From NCBI GenBank assembly GCA_963706325.1, contig CAVPLT010000001.1:960001-1024000 (forward strand): a DNA stretch of 64,000 nucleotides. Direction: 5' to 3'. The position numbers and the translations under genes were made by a program. Under the pieces are notes generated by a model. That model made no database searches. It was not told where the DNA came from and was given only the letters and a program-made list of their open reading frames with translations. Shown in pieces: positions 35,048-45,447 of this stretch. How positions within the stretch are numbered: the stretch's first letter is position 1; every line of letters begins with the position of its first letter. The stretch comes from an uncultured Nitrospiraceae bacterium. GTDB taxonomy: Bacteria > Nitrospirota > Nitrospiria > Nitrospirales > Nitrospiraceae.

Positions 35048-35446
35048 TTACACGAGCGCGGTCCCTGGCGGGCGTTCAATGAGTTCAACCTCGTAGCCGT
35101 CCGGCGCGTCGATGAAGATGAATCGGCTACCCGAGGAGGTACGGGTTGGGCCGTCGGTAATCTTAACCTGCTGCGATTCCAAAGCCCGGATCGTGTCGTC
35201 CAAGTTTTCAACCTCAAAGGCGAGATGGACCAGATCTTCTTGCACGGTCACAGGTCCGCTGGCAGGAAAACTACACAGCTCGATGAGTTCCTCACTATTC
35301 GGCACCTTCAGAAATGCCAAATGCGATCCGCGTGGAGACACTTTGCGTTCCATGACCTCCAGGCCCAGTACATCCCGGTAGAACTGGATGGTTTGATCCA
35401 TATTGCTGACCCGCATGCGGGTGTGAAGCAGCTTTTTCACGCGCAC
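35048..35446 (-). CDS. VOC-family protein, lactoylglutathione lyase (glyoxalase I)-like
   Basis: LLHTRMRV, FY..VLG, HLAFEV and DAPDGYEVELIE; GTG start with AAGGAG RBS. Confidence 0.85.
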   Translation of the reverse strand: MRVKKLLHTRMRVSNMDQTIQFYRDVLGLEVMERKVSPRGSHLAFLKVPNSEELIELCSFPASGPVTVQEDLVHLAFEVENLDDTIRALESQQVKITDGPTRTSSGSRFIFIDAPDGYEVELIERPPGTALV

Positions 35447-35464
35447 GGTCCTGTCTCCTTTGTC

Positions 35465-35587
35465 GGCTGCTGAAAACATCCCCCAGCTGCGTTCTCAGTC
35501 GCTCGAACCCCTCAACGTACCCTGCCCGCGTACGCCTCGGGGTCCTCGTTCCTTGCGGCCTTGCTGGAGAATGTTTTGAGCAGCCTG
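35465..35587. mobile_element. MITE-like repeat family 1, short (~120 bp) form
   Basis: Ends GGCTGCTGAAAA and TTTTGAGCAGCC; shared CTCAACGTA and GCGGCCTTGCTGG cores. Confidence 0.7.
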
Positions 35588-35654
35588 TGAAATGATCCCT
35601 GTAAAGAACCGAAAGAGGAATTCAATAACGATCTTACCATTGCGGCGTATCACC

Positions 35655-36146
35655 TCACGTTGTCCTTGCCGGACCAGCCGTCTTACGAAGCAGAATCTCG
35701 GCGTAGCCTGGAATGAGAAAATTCGGCATGGGACCAATTTCCTTATAACCTTGCTTGCGGTAAAAGGCGCGCGCCCCCTCATTAAAATCCGACACGCAGG
35801 CGAACACATTCTTGGCCCGGGCGAATGTGAGCGATTCAATATGAGCCAGTAGCCGGCTACCGAGGCCGGTGCCTGTTGCGGAAGGGGCGATGCCGAGTAA
35901 TTCCAGATAGTCGCCGAAAAGGAATTTTCGTCGCACGATGGCGATCCCCAGCACGGTTCCTTCAGCTTCCATCACAAACGTGTCCCGAGCTTGCGGCACG
36001 GGCGAAAAGATCCTTCCCCAATCGTCGGCAGTAAACCCGAGTCGTTTCCAGGGGTCGGAATCAGTAAGGATCCCGATCACGGCATCGCGATCCTCCGGCC
36101 GCATATCGCGGATTATGGCCGGAGTGGGGCTGTGGCTTGGTTGCAT
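35655..36146 (-). CDS. GNAT-family N-acetyltransferase
   Basis: GTGLGSRLL acetyl-CoA motif; N..A..FY.KQGY. Confidence 0.88.
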   Translation of the reverse strand: MQPSHSPTPAIIRDMRPEDRDAVIGILTDSDPWKRLGFTADDWGRIFSPVPQARDTFVMEAEGTVLGIAIVRRKFLFGDYLELLGIAPSATGTGLGSRLLAHIESLTFARAKNVFACVSDFNEGARAFYRKQGYKEIGPMPNFLIPGYAEILLRKTAGPARTT

Positions 36147-36835
36147 CGTAAGAGGTCCGATACCGTCAGCGGAGTCAAGCCCTTGTCAGGCAGGACTGTG
36201 GTGGCTAAAGTTGTGGTTACCTCCCGGGTATGTTTGCCCTTCCCGTTAGCGTGCAACACGATGACACTGCCCGGCTTCATGTGTTTCCGCAGGCGGGCCA
36301 GAATCGCGTCCGCCGTGAGGGTCGGATCGGGGTCTCCCGACTCGAGACTCCACATGATAAACCGCAAGCCCAGAGCATTCACCGCTTCCACTGTCTGATC
36401 GTTATATTCCCCGTAGGGTGGTCGAAACAGGGTCGTCGAACGGCCGTATTTCGTCTTGAGGATTCGCACCGGTCCCACGATCTCTCGTTGTTGTTCTTCC
36501 AGCTCATGCATCGGGAGATGCGCATGCACCTCGCCATGCGTCCCGACTTCGAAAAATGGAACGGCCAAGAGCTCTTTCACCTCGGCGTCGTGCTTGGCCA
36601 TCCACCGACCGGACATGAAAAATGTGGCTGGAACTTTGTTCATAATGAGGAAATCGATTAATTCGCGGTCGAATCCCGGGGCGGTGCGCACCGGACACAG
36701 ATCATAGGTCAGCGCAACCGCCGGGCATGAGGGAGAGCCGGCCCTGATGACCTGGGCCTCCGCTAGATGGCCATGCACGACCAGCGCCATCGAACACATC
36801 GCTGATAGAGTCACTTGACACAGGTTCCATCGCAT
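36113..36835 (-). CDS. Secreted polysaccharide deacetylase (CE4)
   Basis: Signal peptide; ALTYDLC, ATFF, H...H, FRPPYG, DP, IVLH. Confidence 0.85.
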   Translation of the reverse strand: MRWNLCQVTLSAMCSMALVVHGHLAEAQVIRAGSPSCPAVALTYDLCPVRTAPGFDRELIDFLIMNKVPATFFMSGRWMAKHDAEVKELLAVPFFEVGTHGEVHAHLPMHELEEQQREIVGPVRILKTKYGRSTTLFRPPYGEYNDQTVEAVNALGLRFIMWSLESGDPDPTLTADAILARLRKHMKPGSVIVLHANGKGKHTREVTTTLATTVLPDKGLTPLTVSDLLRCNQATAPLRP

Positions 36836-36908
36836 GGAGGGGAGTATACCCGATGACAGGGACCGGCGATAGTTGACGGTCTGTCAAGGTGGCTGCTACG
36901 GTGACCAT

Positions 36909-38066
36909 ATGCAGGGACCTGCCTGGCAAATCGGTCGAGTGTTCGGAATTCCTATCTACGTGCATGCCTCATGGCTCTTCGTATTCTTCTTTGTGACCTG
37001 GTCGCTGGCCACAGGGTATCTGCCCGACATGCTACCAGGTCTCTCAGAGCCGCGGTATTGGGGGATGGGCGGGGTGGCCGCGCTTCTCCTGTTCGCATCG
37101 GTCCTGCTGCATGAACTCGGTCACTCCGTCGTTGCCCTTCGTTATCACATTCCCATCGGCCAAATTACGTTGTTCATTTTCGGTGGAGTGGCACAAATGC
37201 GAAAGGAACCGCCGCATCCGAGGGCGGAATTTCTCATCGCCATTGCAGGCCCGATTGTCAGCTTCTTTTTGGCGGGGCTGTGTATGAGCCTGGTCTTGTT
37301 GTTGGAATGGCTCCCGTCCGGGGCCTCTCTGCAGGGGTTAACGGCGCTCGGCGCACTCCTTGGGATGGTCAATACGCAGCTAGGCCTCTTCAACCTGCTG
37401 CCGGGTTTTCCGCTGGACGGCGGCCGAGCCCTGCGGGCGGGTCTTTGGGCTTGGAGTAAGGATTTCTATCGCGCGACGAGCCAGGCGGCATTGGTAGGAT
37501 TGCTCTTCGGTGTCGGTTTTGGTCTCTTCGGAGCGCTACTGCTGGTCGGCGCACTTTCCGGGACCCTGTCGAGCGCCCTGGCAAGTAGTGGGGGATGGAT
37601 TGTGCTGCTGGGGGCTTTTCTTTTCACGGCGGCGCGCGGAAGTCGCAAGCAGGCGGTGATCCGTGCGTCGTTAGCGTCGGTGTCCGTCCGCGAGCTCATG
37701 GTCAAGAACGTGGTGTCTCTATCCCCGGACATCACGCTGGAAGAAGCCGTACATCAATATTTCCTGCCCTACGGCTATGGGGGATTTCCGGTAGTGCAGG
37801 ATGGGCGGCTTCTAGGTATCGTGACGGTGCGTGAGGTACAGGCCGTCAACAATCCGCTCTGGGCGTTTCGCCGGGTTGCCGAGGTGATGCAGACTTCCAA
37901 TGACGAGATGATCGTATCGCCGGAAGTGCCGGTGATACAGGCATTGGAGAAAATGATGTCGTTTGGGGCAGAGCGGCTGATCGTGGTGCAAGATGGGGAA
38001 CTGCTCGGCCTGCTGACGCGCGCCTCTATCGGCAACTTCATCGAGCAGCGCAATCCATCCAAGTAG
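36909..38066 (+). CDS. Site-2 protease (peptidase M50) with a CBS pair
   Basis: HELGH, AGP and FNLLPGFPLDGG; C-terminal CBS domains. Confidence 0.93.
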   Translation: MQGPAWQIGRVFGIPIYVHASWLFVFFFVTWSLATGYLPDMLPGLSEPRYWGMGGVAALLLFASVLLHELGHSVVALRYHIPIGQITLFIFGGVAQMRKEPPHPRAEFLIAIAGPIVSFFLAGLCMSLVLLLEWLPSGASLQGLTALGALLGMVNTQLGLFNLLPGFPLDGGRALRAGLWAWSKDFYRATSQAALVGLLFGVGFGLFGALLLVGALSGTLSSALASSGGWIVLLGAFLFTAARGSRKQAVIRASLASVSVRELMVKNVVSLSPDITLEEAVHQYFLPYGYGGFPVVQDGRLLGIVTVREVQAVNNPLWAFRRVAEVMQTSNDEMIVSPEVPVIQALEKMMSFGAERLIVVQDGELLGLLTRASIGNFIEQRNPSK

Positions 38067-38093
38067 GTCATCCCACACCGCCTATTCTGTGCC

Positions 38094-38285
38094 ACAGGAT
38101 GCTTAAATGGCGACTTTCTTACCCGCCCAATCCCGGCGCGTCAAAGACTCGCCCTGCCCCACGCAAGGCCGCAGCGAGGTCCACGGCGCGAAGAATAATG
38201 AGCGCCACGGCTGTGGACGCCGGCGAGCCGGTGAGCCGCAGTGTCTCGGGCCGCGGCGTCTTGTTCTTACCCACCCGCCCCCACG
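38094..38285. mobile_element. MITE-like repeat family 1, truncated composite copy with the structured module
   Basis: Left TIR CAGGATGCTTAAA, TTCTTACCC(G/A)CCC present twice, module at 38175-38247; no right TIR. Confidence 0.65.
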
Positions 38286-38442
38286 GTGCCCCCTAACGTG
38301 AGGAGGTCTTTGTCGAAGCCGTTGAAGATCGTGAAATTCGTGTGGGCTGCCGGATGATTCGAGTGTTTCATGATTTTATCAGGCACGGACGAGGGCGCTG
38401 GAAAAGTCGCGAATGAGACAGAGCGCAGGTTGCGACCAGAAC

Positions 38443-39297
38443 CTACTGGGGCAGAAGTTCGGTCGTAGAGGCTAAGGGGGAAGGCCGCCGACACTGATAG
38501 GTGTGGGTTACCACTGCGCCCAGGAGGACGAGGGCCGAAGAGTAGTAGACCCAGAGGAGTAACAACACCACTTCGAGCAATGAGCCATACATCTGTGTGT
38601 AGACCGCGGCATCTTCTAAATAGGTCACGAACACCACCTTAGCGGAGACCCACAGCAGGCTGAAGACCGCCCCCCCGATGGTCGACTCTTTCCATGTGGG
38701 CCGCTGGTGAGGAAGGAATCGATAGAGACAGGTGACGGAAGCGAAGGCAAGCAGAAACGGCAATGAATAGGCGAGCAGGAAATCGTGCGCGGTGATCGCG
38801 ACCAAGTCGAGTCCCCACAAGTGCGGCGCATAGGCAGTCAGCAATTCAATAGCTTGTGTGGCAACAAATGAGATCAGGGCCAGAAAGCCGAGCATCCAAA
38901 TCATCGCGACGGCCACGAGCGTTGAAATCAGCGGATGCCGCTTGGCCGCCGTGCCGAACACAGTATTCATGGCGTAGTCTAGTTCATAAAATACCAGCGC
39001 GCTGAACCAACCGAATGCGAGGAAAACGGCCCATCGCACTTGCTCCTGCTCCGCCACGCGCCGAATATCTTTTGCCAGACGTTCACCCATGCTGGGAAGA
39101 AATCCCTTCAGGAATCCCAACAAGAATTGATAGCCGATGACGTCCTGGCTCACGATGAAGCTGATGCCGTAGAGCAAGAGGAACACCATGGGAAAGAGCG
39201 AGAGGAGGGAAAAGAAGGCCAGCGAAGCGGCCAGACTGAGACAGCCTCGCCGCCTAAAGGTTTCAATTACGTTGGAGAGAAACGATAATCCGATCAT
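38443..39297 (-). CDS. YihY/virulence factor BrkB family membrane protein
   Basis: AASLAFFSLLSLFP, YRFLP and YGSL...LLWVY motifs. Confidence 0.9.
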   Translation of the reverse strand: MIGLSFLSNVIETFRRRGCLSLAASLAFFSLLSLFPMVFLLLYGISFIVSQDVIGYQFLLGFLKGFLPSMGERLAKDIRRVAEQEQVRWAVFLAFGWFSALVFYELDYAMNTVFGTAAKRHPLISTLVAVAMIWMLGFLALISFVATQAIELLTAYAPHLWGLDLVAITAHDFLLAYSLPFLLAFASVTCLYRFLPHQRPTWKESTIGGAVFSLLWVSAKVVFVTYLEDAAVYTQMYGSLLEVVLLLLWVYYSSALVLLGAVVTHTYQCRRPSPLASTTELLPQ

Positions 39298-39433
39298 GCA
39301 AGCCCGTCTTGAGCCACGCCGACGCGGTTAGACCATCGGCCGGGTGCTGCCGGTCCTGTGGTGATGAATGTCGGTGCGCCACGATAACAGAGAACGGGGA
39401 AGGTTGCATGAGGATGCAAGAGATGCCCATCCG

Positions 39434-40909
39434 TTATTTCAGTAACGGTGCCGCATGGGTGGCCATTGACCATAGGCCGTTGGGGAACAGCCCCAGGAGC
39501 ACGACGCCGGCAAGAGCGCAGGCGAGGACGAACGATAGAGCCGGAGAGGTTTCGAATTGTGACTGAGATTGTGGCAAGCCTTCGGGATCGCGCATGTACA
39601 TCACCATCACAATTCGCAGGTAGTAGAAGGCAGAGATCGCGGCGAAGATGACGGCGACGACTGCCAGCCATGCCATTCCACCGTTCACCGCGGCCATGAA
39701 GATATAAAACTTGCCGATGAACCCTGCCGTCGGAGGAATGCCGGCCAGCGACACCAGAAAGACCAACATGAAAAAGGCCCCCAAGGGTTCACGTTTCGCC
39801 AGTCCCGCATAATCTTCGATGTTGTCGCTCTCCTGACCGTCTTTGCGCAGCATCCCCACCAGCGCAAATGCGCCAAGCGTCATGAACGAATATATCGCGA
39901 TGTAGAGCAACACACTTGCGAGGCCGGTTGAGGCGGCCATTCCGCCTTGCCGGCCCGCCACGACGACCCCGATGAGGGCATAGCCGGCATGGGCGATGCT
40001 GGAATAGGCCAACATACGCTTGATGTTGGTCTGCACGATTGCAACAAGGTTGCCCAAGGCCAGCGTCGCCAGGCAGATGACGGTGAACAGGATCGACCAA
40101 TCCGCGCTCACCCCTCCCAGGCCCTCCACAAACACCCGGAGAAAGGCGCCGAAGCTGGCCGCTTTCGAGGCAACGGCCATGAAGGCCGTGACAGACGTCG
40201 GCGCTCCCTGATAGACGTCCGGCGTCCACATGTGAAACGGCACGACGGCCAATTTGAATCCGAACCCGACTGTCAGCAACACCAGCGCCAGGGACAATAA
40301 GGGATTGCCCGTTCCCTGCGCGGCGATCTCCTCTGCGATCACAGAGAGACGAGTGCTCCCGGCCAGCCCGAACAAGAGCGAAATGCCGTACAAGAGAATT
40401 CCGGATGAAAACGCTCCCAGCACGAAATACTTTGCCGACGCTTCCAGCGAACGCGCCTCAGTTCGCTTGAGTCCGGCCATCACATAAAGCGAGAGGGACA
40501 TCAATTCGGTGCCGAGGTAGATCGTGAGGAGGTCGGCGGCGGAGACCATGACCATCATACCGACCAGCGATAGCAGGATGAAGCCGTAATATTCGCCGAT
40601 GTTCAATCGCTCCGCCTTGAGGTACGCGAGGGACAACAGGACCGTGAGCCCCGTCACGATATACAGCAGTAGTTTCCAGAAGGCCCCATACGCATCGATC
40701 ACAACCAGATCGCTGAAGGCATATTGGCGACCCATCAATTGAGAGGAAGTGAGACCTAGGCAAATAGCCAGGGCTGCTAAAGTCAGCCAAGCCAGGAGGT
40801 CCTTCTTGGAATCCGCAAGGATGGGATCCAGCACCAGGATGAGGCAAGCCGTGCCGATCACCACGAGTTCAGGAAGGATCGCGAGCAGGTCTTGTATGGG
40901 AATCGTCAT
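39434..40909 (-). CDS. nuoN: NADH-quinone oxidoreductase subunit N
   Basis: EASAKYF, FKLAVVPFHMWTPDVYQGAP, KRMLAYSSIAH. Confidence 0.96.
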   Translation of the reverse strand: MTIPIQDLLAILPELVVIGTACLILVLDPILADSKKDLLAWLTLAALAICLGLTSSQLMGRQYAFSDLVVIDAYGAFWKLLLYIVTGLTVLLSLAYLKAERLNIGEYYGFILLSLVGMMVMVSAADLLTIYLGTELMSLSLYVMAGLKRTEARSLEASAKYFVLGAFSSGILLYGISLLFGLAGSTRLSVIAEEIAAQGTGNPLLSLALVLLTVGFGFKLAVVPFHMWTPDVYQGAPTSVTAFMAVASKAASFGAFLRVFVEGLGGVSADWSILFTVICLATLALGNLVAIVQTNIKRMLAYSSIAHAGYALIGVVVAGRQGGMAASTGLASVLLYIAIYSFMTLGAFALVGMLRKDGQESDNIEDYAGLAKREPLGAFFMLVFLVSLAGIPPTAGFIGKFYIFMAAVNGGMAWLAVVAVIFAAISAFYYLRIVMVMYMRDPEGLPQSQSQFETSPALSFVLACALAGVVLLGLFPNGLWSMATHAAPLLK

Positions 40910-42477
40910 CGTCCGGTGGCCTGTTCAGAAGATGGAGTCGTGGGCGACGCGGCGATCGCGGCAGTGGACACTGGTTCTGTGCTGGGCTCAGGCCGGGGTT
41001 CAATCGCAAACACCGGCGTCCTCGGGGCGGCTAGCAAGTGCGCCACACTGGCATGCATTCGGGTCAGCAGAGGGTTGGGGAAGATGCCGATCACGAAGAC
41101 CAGGACGACCAGAGGGACCAGCGTGGCCGTTTCCCGAGCATTCAGGTCCAACAGATGCGCGCGATGCGTGGGCGAGGGATTTCCAAAAACCATTCGTTGC
41201 ATGAGCCAGAGGATATAGGCCGCTGCCAAGATAATGCCCAAGGCAGCGAAGGCCGTGGCGACCTTGCTCCAGAGGAACGTCCCGGCCAGCACCAGAAATT
41301 CGCCGACAAAGCTATTGGTGCCGGGAAGTCCTAAAGAGGACAGCGCAAAAATCATCAGGAACAGGGCATAGCGAGGCATCGGCCCGGCCAGTCCGGTATT
41401 GTCGAGAATTTCGCGGCTGTGGGTCCGCTCGTAGATGATCCCCACGCAGAGGAAGAGTCCGCCGGTGGTGATGCCATGGTTGACCATCTGCATGACCGCG
41501 CCTTCGATCCCTTGGGTATTCAAGACGAAGATGCCCAGCGTGACGAAGCCCATGTGACTCACGCTGGAGTAGGCGATGAGTTTTTTCATGTCGGTCTGTG
41601 CCAGGGCCATGTAAGCGCCATAAATAATGGCGATGATCGACAGCGCGATCATCGGCTTGGTAAATGTGACGGTCGCGTCCGGCAACATCGGCAAGGTAAA
41701 GCGGAGAAATCCATAGGTGCCCATCTTCAACAACACGCTCGCAAGAATCACACTGCCTGCAGTGGGAGCTTCCACGTGCGCGTCCGGCAACCAGGTATGA
41801 AATGGAAACATGGGGACTTTCACCGCAAAGGCGGCGAAGAACGCGAGGAACAGCCACATTTGCAGCGACGCACTGTACGTGCCCCGACTCAGCACCAGGA
41901 TGTCGAAGGTCTGCCCGCCGTGGAAGTAGAGGGCGATGATCGCGACCAGGAGCAAGAGGCTGCCTGCCAAAGTGTAGAGAAAAAATTTGATCGCGGCATA
42001 CAGGCGGTTGGGTCCTCCCCAGACGCCGATGAGCAAATACATCGGGATCAGCATGGCTTCCCAGAATACGTAGAACAACACAAAATCGAGGGCGACGAAG
42101 ACGCCCAGCATGGCCGTTTCCATCACCAGCAACATCGACATGAACAGCTGGACGCGTTTTTCGATCGCCGTCCAGGACACGGTGACGCAGAACGGCATGA
42201 GCAAAGTTGTCATCAGAAGTAGCGGAAAGCTGATGCCGTCGAGGCCGAGACTATATTGCACGGGCGGGGACGTAATCCAGGAGGCTCGTTCGACGAATTG
42301 CATCTCACCGGTTGAAGAGTCGAAGAGCCACCACAGCGGAAGCGAGCAGAGAAAATCCGCCACGGTAATGCCAAGCGCCAGCCAACGGGCGGACTCCGCC
42401 CTCACCAGGAGACAGAGAACGGCTCCCAGCAGGGGCAGGAAAATGATCAGACTGAGCCAGGGAAACGAACTCGTCAT
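40906..42477 (-). CDS. nuoM: NADH-quinone oxidoreductase subunit M
   Basis: FWEAMLIPM, KVPMFPFHTWLPDAHVEAP, LLKMG. Confidence 0.96.
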   Translation of the reverse strand: MTSSFPWLSLIIFLPLLGAVLCLLVRAESARWLALGITVADFLCSLPLWWLFDSSTGEMQFVERASWITSPPVQYSLGLDGISFPLLLMTTLLMPFCVTVSWTAIEKRVQLFMSMLLVMETAMLGVFVALDFVLFYVFWEAMLIPMYLLIGVWGGPNRLYAAIKFFLYTLAGSLLLLVAIIALYFHGGQTFDILVLSRGTYSASLQMWLFLAFFAAFAVKVPMFPFHTWLPDAHVEAPTAGSVILASVLLKMGTYGFLRFTLPMLPDATVTFTKPMIALSIIAIIYGAYMALAQTDMKKLIAYSSVSHMGFVTLGIFVLNTQGIEGAVMQMVNHGITTGGLFLCVGIIYERTHSREILDNTGLAGPMPRYALFLMIFALSSLGLPGTNSFVGEFLVLAGTFLWSKVATAFAALGIILAAAYILWLMQRMVFGNPSPTHRAHLLDLNARETATLVPLVVLVFVIGIFPNPLLTRMHASVAHLLAAPRTPVFAIEPRPEPSTEPVSTAAIAASPTTPSSEQATGR

Positions 42478-42571
42478 GAATACTTGGCCAAGAGTCCATG
42501 GCAGCGGAAGCAGGATACGCAGGCGATTCCTGACGACCGATGACCAGTGACCATTGATTCCCCTTCCGTTT

Positions 42572-44470
42572 CTAGAACAGCAAATACACGGTCAAAATAA
42601 CCACGGCGCCAAGTGTCATGCCGAGGGCGTAATGTTGCGTTTGTCCGCTCTGCGTCAAACGAATGATCCAGCCTCCCCAGGCAACGGCGCGGGCGACTCC
42701 GTTGACCGCGCCATCGATGATCGAGACATCGACATGTTTCCACAGACCGTTAGCGGCTGATAACGTAGGACGGACAAACCAGCGGTCGTAGATCTCATCG
42801 ACATACCACTTGTGAAGCGACAACTCGTAGGCCGTGCGCCACTGCTGCGCGAGCCGATTCGGCAAGTTGGGGTTCAGCACATACAGATAGTACGCGGCAC
42901 CGATCCCGGAGAGTCCCATCAAGGTAGCGAACGCCATGATGCCATAGGCGGCAGGGCCTTCATGCTGCGCGGCCGCGTTGTGGCCGTGGAAGACCGGTTC
43001 CAAAAATTCGGGAATGCCTAGATAGCCGGCGACGATACTGAGGACCGCAAGAATCATCAGCGGTACCGTCATCGTGGTCGAAGGTTCATGAATGTGGCCC
43101 GCATGATGAGGATCGACATGAGAGGGCCCCCAGAAGGTCATGAAGACCAGACGGAAACTGTAAAAAGCCGTAAGGCCTGCGGTCAGCAGTCCGCAAACCG
43201 TCAGGAACTGTCCTAACGGACCGGCCGACCATGAAGAGATCAGGAGATCGTCCTTGCTGAAGAAGCCTGCCGTCAGAGGGAAGCCCGCCAGCGCGAGCGA
43301 TCCAACGAGAAAGGTCCAATAGGTGACCGGAAGCTTGTCTTTCAAGCCGCCCATGCGCCGTATGTCCTGCTCATGGTGCAAAGCGATGATCACCGAGCCG
43401 CAACCGAGGAACAGCAGTGCTTTGAAGGCGCCGTGAGTCAGGAGGTGGTACATGCCTGCGCCGTAAGCGCCCAAGCCGCATGCCATCACCATGTAGCCGA
43501 GCTGGCTCATCGTCGAATAGGCCACCACACGCTTAATGTCGGTCTGGGTGAGGGCAATCGTTGCTCCCAGTACCATGGTGAGGGCGCCGACGAGGGCGAC
43601 GACCGTCATGGCGGTGGGCGAAAGGTTATAGAGCGGCGACAATCGCGCGACCATGAAGACCCCGGCCGTCACCATGGTGGCGGCATGGATCAATGCGGAG
43701 ATCGGCGTCGGTCCCTCCATGGCATCGGGGAGCCAAACGTGTAAGGGAACCTGCGCGGATTTTCCGACCGCTCCGGTAAAGAGCAGAAGGCAGATCATCG
43801 TCATCACTGAGACATCCCATGTCCCGCCGAAGGGTCCGAGCAAGTTCATTGTTTTGGATGCCAGGTCTTGAGCTTGCGCAAACATCGTGGCGTAATCGAG
43901 GGAGCCGAAGGAATACCATACCAGGAACAAGCCGAGGATGAAGCCAAAGTCTCCCACACGGTTAACCAAAAAGGCTTTGGTGGCGGCGGCGCAGGCGCTC
44001 GGTCGCTCATACCAATGGCCGATCAGCAAATAGGAGCAGAGCCCCACCGCTTCCCAGAAGACGAACAGTTGCAGCAGATTGTCCGCCATGACCAGCATCA
44101 GCATGGAAAAGGTGAACAGGGCGATATAGGCGAAGAAGCGGGCGTATCCCGGTTCTCGCTGCATGTAGCCGATCGTGTAGATGTGCACCAGGGTGCTGAC
44201 GGTCGTGACCAGCACCAGCATGACGGCAGTCAGCCGATCGATCGAGATTCCGATATGGATATCCAGGTTTCCCGAGGTCAGCCAGGTGTAGAGGGGGACA
44301 TTTACAGGATGGCCGGTGGCGACGTCGCACAGCGCCAATAGCGAGAGCACGAAGGACCCCACCATGGCTGGAACGGCAATCAAGTGCGCCCGTTCCTTAA
44401 TCCATTGTTCACCGATGCCCACGATCAAGAAGGCGAACAAGGGGAGAAATGGAATCAGTGTGTAGAGCAT
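42572..44470 (-). CDS. nuoL: NADH-quinone oxidoreductase subunit L
   Basis: GKSAQVPLHVWLPDAMEGPTPISALIHAATMV. Confidence 0.97.
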   Translation of the reverse strand: MLYTLIPFLPLFAFLIVGIGEQWIKERAHLIAVPAMVGSFVLSLLALCDVATGHPVNVPLYTWLTSGNLDIHIGISIDRLTAVMLVLVTTVSTLVHIYTIGYMQREPGYARFFAYIALFTFSMLMLVMADNLLQLFVFWEAVGLCSYLLIGHWYERPSACAAATKAFLVNRVGDFGFILGLFLVWYSFGSLDYATMFAQAQDLASKTMNLLGPFGGTWDVSVMTMICLLLFTGAVGKSAQVPLHVWLPDAMEGPTPISALIHAATMVTAGVFMVARLSPLYNLSPTAMTVVALVGALTMVLGATIALTQTDIKRVVAYSTMSQLGYMVMACGLGAYGAGMYHLLTHGAFKALLFLGCGSVIIALHHEQDIRRMGGLKDKLPVTYWTFLVGSLALAGFPLTAGFFSKDDLLISSWSAGPLGQFLTVCGLLTAGLTAFYSFRLVFMTFWGPSHVDPHHAGHIHEPSTTMTVPLMILAVLSIVAGYLGIPEFLEPVFHGHNAAAQHEGPAAYGIMAFATLMGLSGIGAAYYLYVLNPNLPNRLAQQWRTAYELSLHKWYVDEIYDRWFVRPTLSAANGLWKHVDVSIIDGAVNGVARAVAWGGWIIRLTQSGQTQHYALGMTLGAVVILTVYLLF

Positions 44471-44485
44471 GGCCGATACGGGAGA

Positions 44486-44791
44486 CTAGCGTTTCAACAA
44501 ATTGAGGTCGTCGACGTAGATCGATGAGTTTGCCCGATGAAGGGCGATAATAATGGCCAGGCCGACGGCAACTTCAGCCGCCGCCACAGTGAGAGCAAAG
44601 AACACGAACACTTGCCCAGCGACATTGTGAAAGTATTCAGAGAAGGCCACAAAGTTGATATTCGTGGCATTCAGCATCAATTCGACGGACAGCAAAATGA
44701 CGATGATGTTGCGGCGAATTAATACCCCAATCACTCCGGTGAGGAATACAAACCCACTCAAGATCAAATAGTAGGATAACGGAACTGTCAT
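44486..44791 (-). CDS. nuoK: NADH-quinone oxidoreductase subunit K
   Basis: RRN...ELMLN, AAAEVAVGLA. Confidence 0.96.
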   Translation of the reverse strand: MTVPLSYYLILSGFVFLTGVIGVLIRRNIIVILLSVELMLNATNINFVAFSEYFHNVAGQVFVFFALTVAAAEVAVGLAIIIALHRANSSIYVDDLNLLKR

Positions 44792-45318
44792 GGCCTCACC
44801 GATGGGGACGGCGCACTCTCACCGGTATCCTTCTTGGCCAAAATGATCGCCCCGATCATCGCGACCAACAAAATCAGAGATGCGACCTCAAAAGGGAATA
44901 GATAGGTGGAGTACAGGACTTCGCCGATCGTTTCGGTATTGCCGGCTGCGGCGACCGGATCAGCCGGAGGCGCTGCCCCAGATGCCCCTACGCGAGATTG
45001 AATAAGAAGCAGAACCACTTCCGTACACAACACGACGCCGAGCAGCCCCGCGACCGGCAGTTGGTTGTGATAGCGCTCCTCGGTCTTCACATTCAGCAGC
45101 ATGACCACGAAGAGATACAGAACCAGGATCGCACCGGCATAGACGACGATCTGGACCGCGGCCAGAAACTCCGCATGCAGGGTGACGTACAGGCCCGCGA
45201 CATGAAAAAACATGATCAGCAGGGCAAGAGCGCTGTAGACGGGATTTCGCAGTGTCACGACCAAAAGCGAGGTGACTGCGATCACGCCGGCGAAATAGAA
45301 GAAAAAAATGTGGTCCAT
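44788..45318 (-). CDS. nuoJ: NADH-quinone oxidoreductase subunit J
   Basis: NPVYSAL, QIVVYAGAI.VL.LFV.M, FE..S..LL.A. Confidence 0.95.
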   Translation of the reverse strand: MDHIFFFYFAGVIAVTSLLVVTLRNPVYSALALLIMFFHVAGLYVTLHAEFLAAVQIVVYAGAILVLYLFVVMLLNVKTEERYHNQLPVAGLLGVVLCTEVVLLLIQSRVGASGAAPPADPVAAAGNTETIGEVLYSTYLFPFEVASLILLVAMIGAIILAKKDTGESAPSPSVRP

Positions 45319-45447
45319 GTGGCTGTCGAGTATCCCAAATCAGGCCCAACCCCTCTTGCTCCCTGTTGTCTTGCGCATTGTCCGATGACAGCCCGCTGCG
45401 ACTCGCTCCTCTCTGTGCCGGGGGATCACGGAGAGCGAGCCGGGCGA

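Noticed and set aside
39434..44470. The duplicated-NuoM ('2M') complex I known from Nitrospira
   Set aside because: Only one nuoM lies between nuoL and nuoN, so this is the canonical-type operon.
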